A stretch of DNA of 8,552 nucleotides, taken from contig BAAFSQ010000375.1 in assembly GCA_054661495.1 (NCBI GenBank), forward strand, positions 1-8,552, in the 5' to 3' direction. The notes beneath the pieces are model-generated. The model did not search any database and was not told where the DNA came from. It worked only from the letters and a program-made list of their open reading frames with translations. Of the stretch, positions 6,697 through 8,552 are shown in pieces (position 1 is the first letter of the stretch; every line of letters begins with the position of its first letter). Source of the stretch: Zygophlyctis sp. KS116. Taxonomy: Eukaryota; Fungi; Chytridiomycota. The translations under genes were made by a program, and so were the position numbers.

Positions 6697-7898
6697 ATGC
6701 CTCCAAGAAAAACTAAAAATAATGCTGCTTCCGGAACTACTGCTTGTAGTTCAGTTGCAGAATTTCCATTAGCTTCGTCAATGGAGCAAATGGAAATCGA
6801 TCAAGTTGAATATCTAGCACCCCCCGAGGTCGCAGTGTTAACGATCGTACCAAATTCCGCTGTTCAGAGCTCTACAGTACCTGCAGCGACGGAAGAAAAT
6901 AACCCCCCTGTGCCACAAAGTTTTACAAGTGGCGCAGAAAGTGTGCCACAAGCCACTCAAGTTCCTCAAAGTTCAGTTGGGTCAATGGGATACCGCTCTG
7001 CAGCTCCGCTGTCAGCTGGATCTATGGCCGCTAACTCTTTCCCGTCTTACAGATCAGGGACTTATGCATCTCAACCTGTTGTGGTGCAGACAGCTCAAAG
7101 ATGGGACGGACTAAAATGGGAGTTGGGAAGAAACCTGGTTAGTCATTTGGACGAAGTTAATAGACTAAGTTTATAGAAAAATTTCTGCTCAGGCTCTCAC
7201 TAGAGAACAGGCCGTAGAATATTTTCTAGATTCGCTTACCCCGCCAATGCAGGAAGTCGCTCGATTAAACGAGACCACGACAAATTCCTGGGCTGATTTG
7301 GCAGCAGTCCTAAAACAGGCCTTCCACTCACCTAATGACATAACGGGATGAAGAGCTATAATAACTAAAGTTAATCAAGGGCCACGTACCTCCATGCAGT
7401 TTTTGGGTGATTTGATGAAATTTCACCGAGAATGGGAACCACACCTTACAGCAGAAGAAATTCTTCAAATGGATCAAGCCTGTATAACAGCTTTACTCCA
7501 TCAGGGTTCCAGAAGGACAACTAAGATTGCTTCTGTATTTCACGAAAGAAGCCCTCAAGCTACCTGGTGTGAGTATGTGAATCACTTACTTACGAAGATA
7601 AGACAGGACGCACGGGTGGAAAATGTTACACGATTAGATGTGTCAAACATTAACCAAAACCGTCCATGGGAAAATAAGTCTCGAGGAATAGGTGACTCTG
7701 GGTATCCTAGCCCACCAAGTCGTTATGGAACGGCACCTTACCAAACCAGAATGTGTCGAGACTCCCCCAATTGTAATCGACGTGGATGTCGATTTACACA
7801 TGAGAGTGATCTTAATCGACCACGAAATATGACCTACATGTTCCATTTGCGAACGTCCAGGCCGCGTAGCAGAAAAATGTTTTGACCGTCGACCATAG
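6697..7898 (+). mobile_element. Ty3/gypsy gag (pseudogenised by stops and frameshifts)
   Basis: ATG at 6697, 57 nt after the PBS, followed by a low-complexity N-terminus. Capsid-like SWADLAAVLKQAF...VNQGPRTSMQFL. CCCH finger at 7754-7801; degenerate CCHC CSICERPG(R)VAEKC at 7839-7880 in a shifted frame. Confidence 0.85.
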
Positions 7899-8552
7899 GA
7901 AAACGGCGAGAAAGAAGAAATAAAAGACTTATCTTCTTTACTCGAGCCTTTTAAAATGAGTCCACAAAATAGAGTTACCCCATATCCTGTCCTTGTCGTA
8001 GCTCAGTCAAGTCAGGATTCCCCTGTCTTTGTCGTCCTACAGTTAAGTAAAGTGAATGTTATTACTTGTATGGACACAGGAGCCGCAGTCAACTGCATAT
8101 CTAAAAAGTTATGGGAATACCTTAAGATGTTACCCAATGTCACAATAGCACAAGCTCCAAGAGTCCAATTGACCTCTTCTAACCTGCTAACAATGGAAAT
8201 CTATCATGCCAAGAGTATGTTAGAATACCTATAAGTCTCGGTAATAAGACATATCCACTTTCTTACCCCTTTTACTGAGATAATATCTTTTGAACGAACA
8301 TCTTTATCATACGTTATACGATTGTTAACGTAGTCAAACTGAACACCATAATCTTTCATCCAAGAAAACCCATTCTTTGCTATCGACCAGCTGAATCAAG
8401 ACTGTATCTTTGGGTATCCAGCCATGAGACGTCGTAAGATTGACCTAATAAACAGCAGAGAATGTCTAATGATTTCTAATAAATATGGGTTTAAAGAAGA
8501 TATACCATATTATACTAAACCCAGTTACGAGGGACAAAGTGTATACTTACAA
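7899..8552 (+). mobile_element. Ty3/gypsy pol 5' end: retropepsin aspartic protease, disrupted; runs off the window
   Basis: TCMDTGAAVNCIS (catalytic D at 8073). After an 8-nt duplication: ANNGNLSCQEYVRIPISLGNKTYPL. After a ~109-bp insert: PFFAIDQLNQDCIFGYPAMRRRKID. Confidence 0.88.
8261..8371 (-). mobile_element. inverted fragment of a different retroelement protease C-terminus inserted into the protease gene
   Basis: Minus strand reads GFSWMKDYGVQFDYVNNRITYDKDVRSKDIISVKGVR, matching the retropepsin tail pattern 'lG..Wl......Dw....l'. Confidence 0.6.

Noticed and set aside
8175-8190. CTAACC at the protease frameshift as a telomeric insert
   Set aside because: More simply an 8-nt tandem duplication (CTTCTAAC CTGCTAAC) with one substitution.
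1-8552. RIP (repeat-induced point mutation) signature
   Set aside because: Some stops fit C>T changes, but the contexts are mixed and ORF remnants keep many CpA and CpG sites. It cannot be assessed without a consensus alignment.

Overview
AT-rich eukaryotic repeat graveyard (probably a fungus or similar microbial eukaryote; inferred, not established). I found no intact gene. The window is a mosaic of about a dozen short, mutated, mutually unrelated fragments on both strands: a Ty1/copia SH3 piece, a Gag zinc-knuckle piece, a GCR1_C (Crypton-like) piece, a possible HNH gene with a 156-bp tandem duplication, a DUF3987-type P-loop helicase pseudogene, two different hAT transposase remnants, and two Ty3/gypsy gag-protease 5' ends. 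One of the latter has a tRNA-Ala primer-binding site and a CCCH+CCHC Gag. The most striking signal is a set of short (TTAGGG)n/(CCCTAA)n tracts (77-87, 1932-1976, 4322-4336, 4594-4604, 5879-5887, possibly 2147-2153) sitting at fragment junctions or at frameshifts inside fragments. The clearest is a 13-nt telomeric insert whose removal restores a hAT reading frame. This suggests break repair with telomerase-derived filler. All family calls come from manual translation and motif recognition, not database searches.
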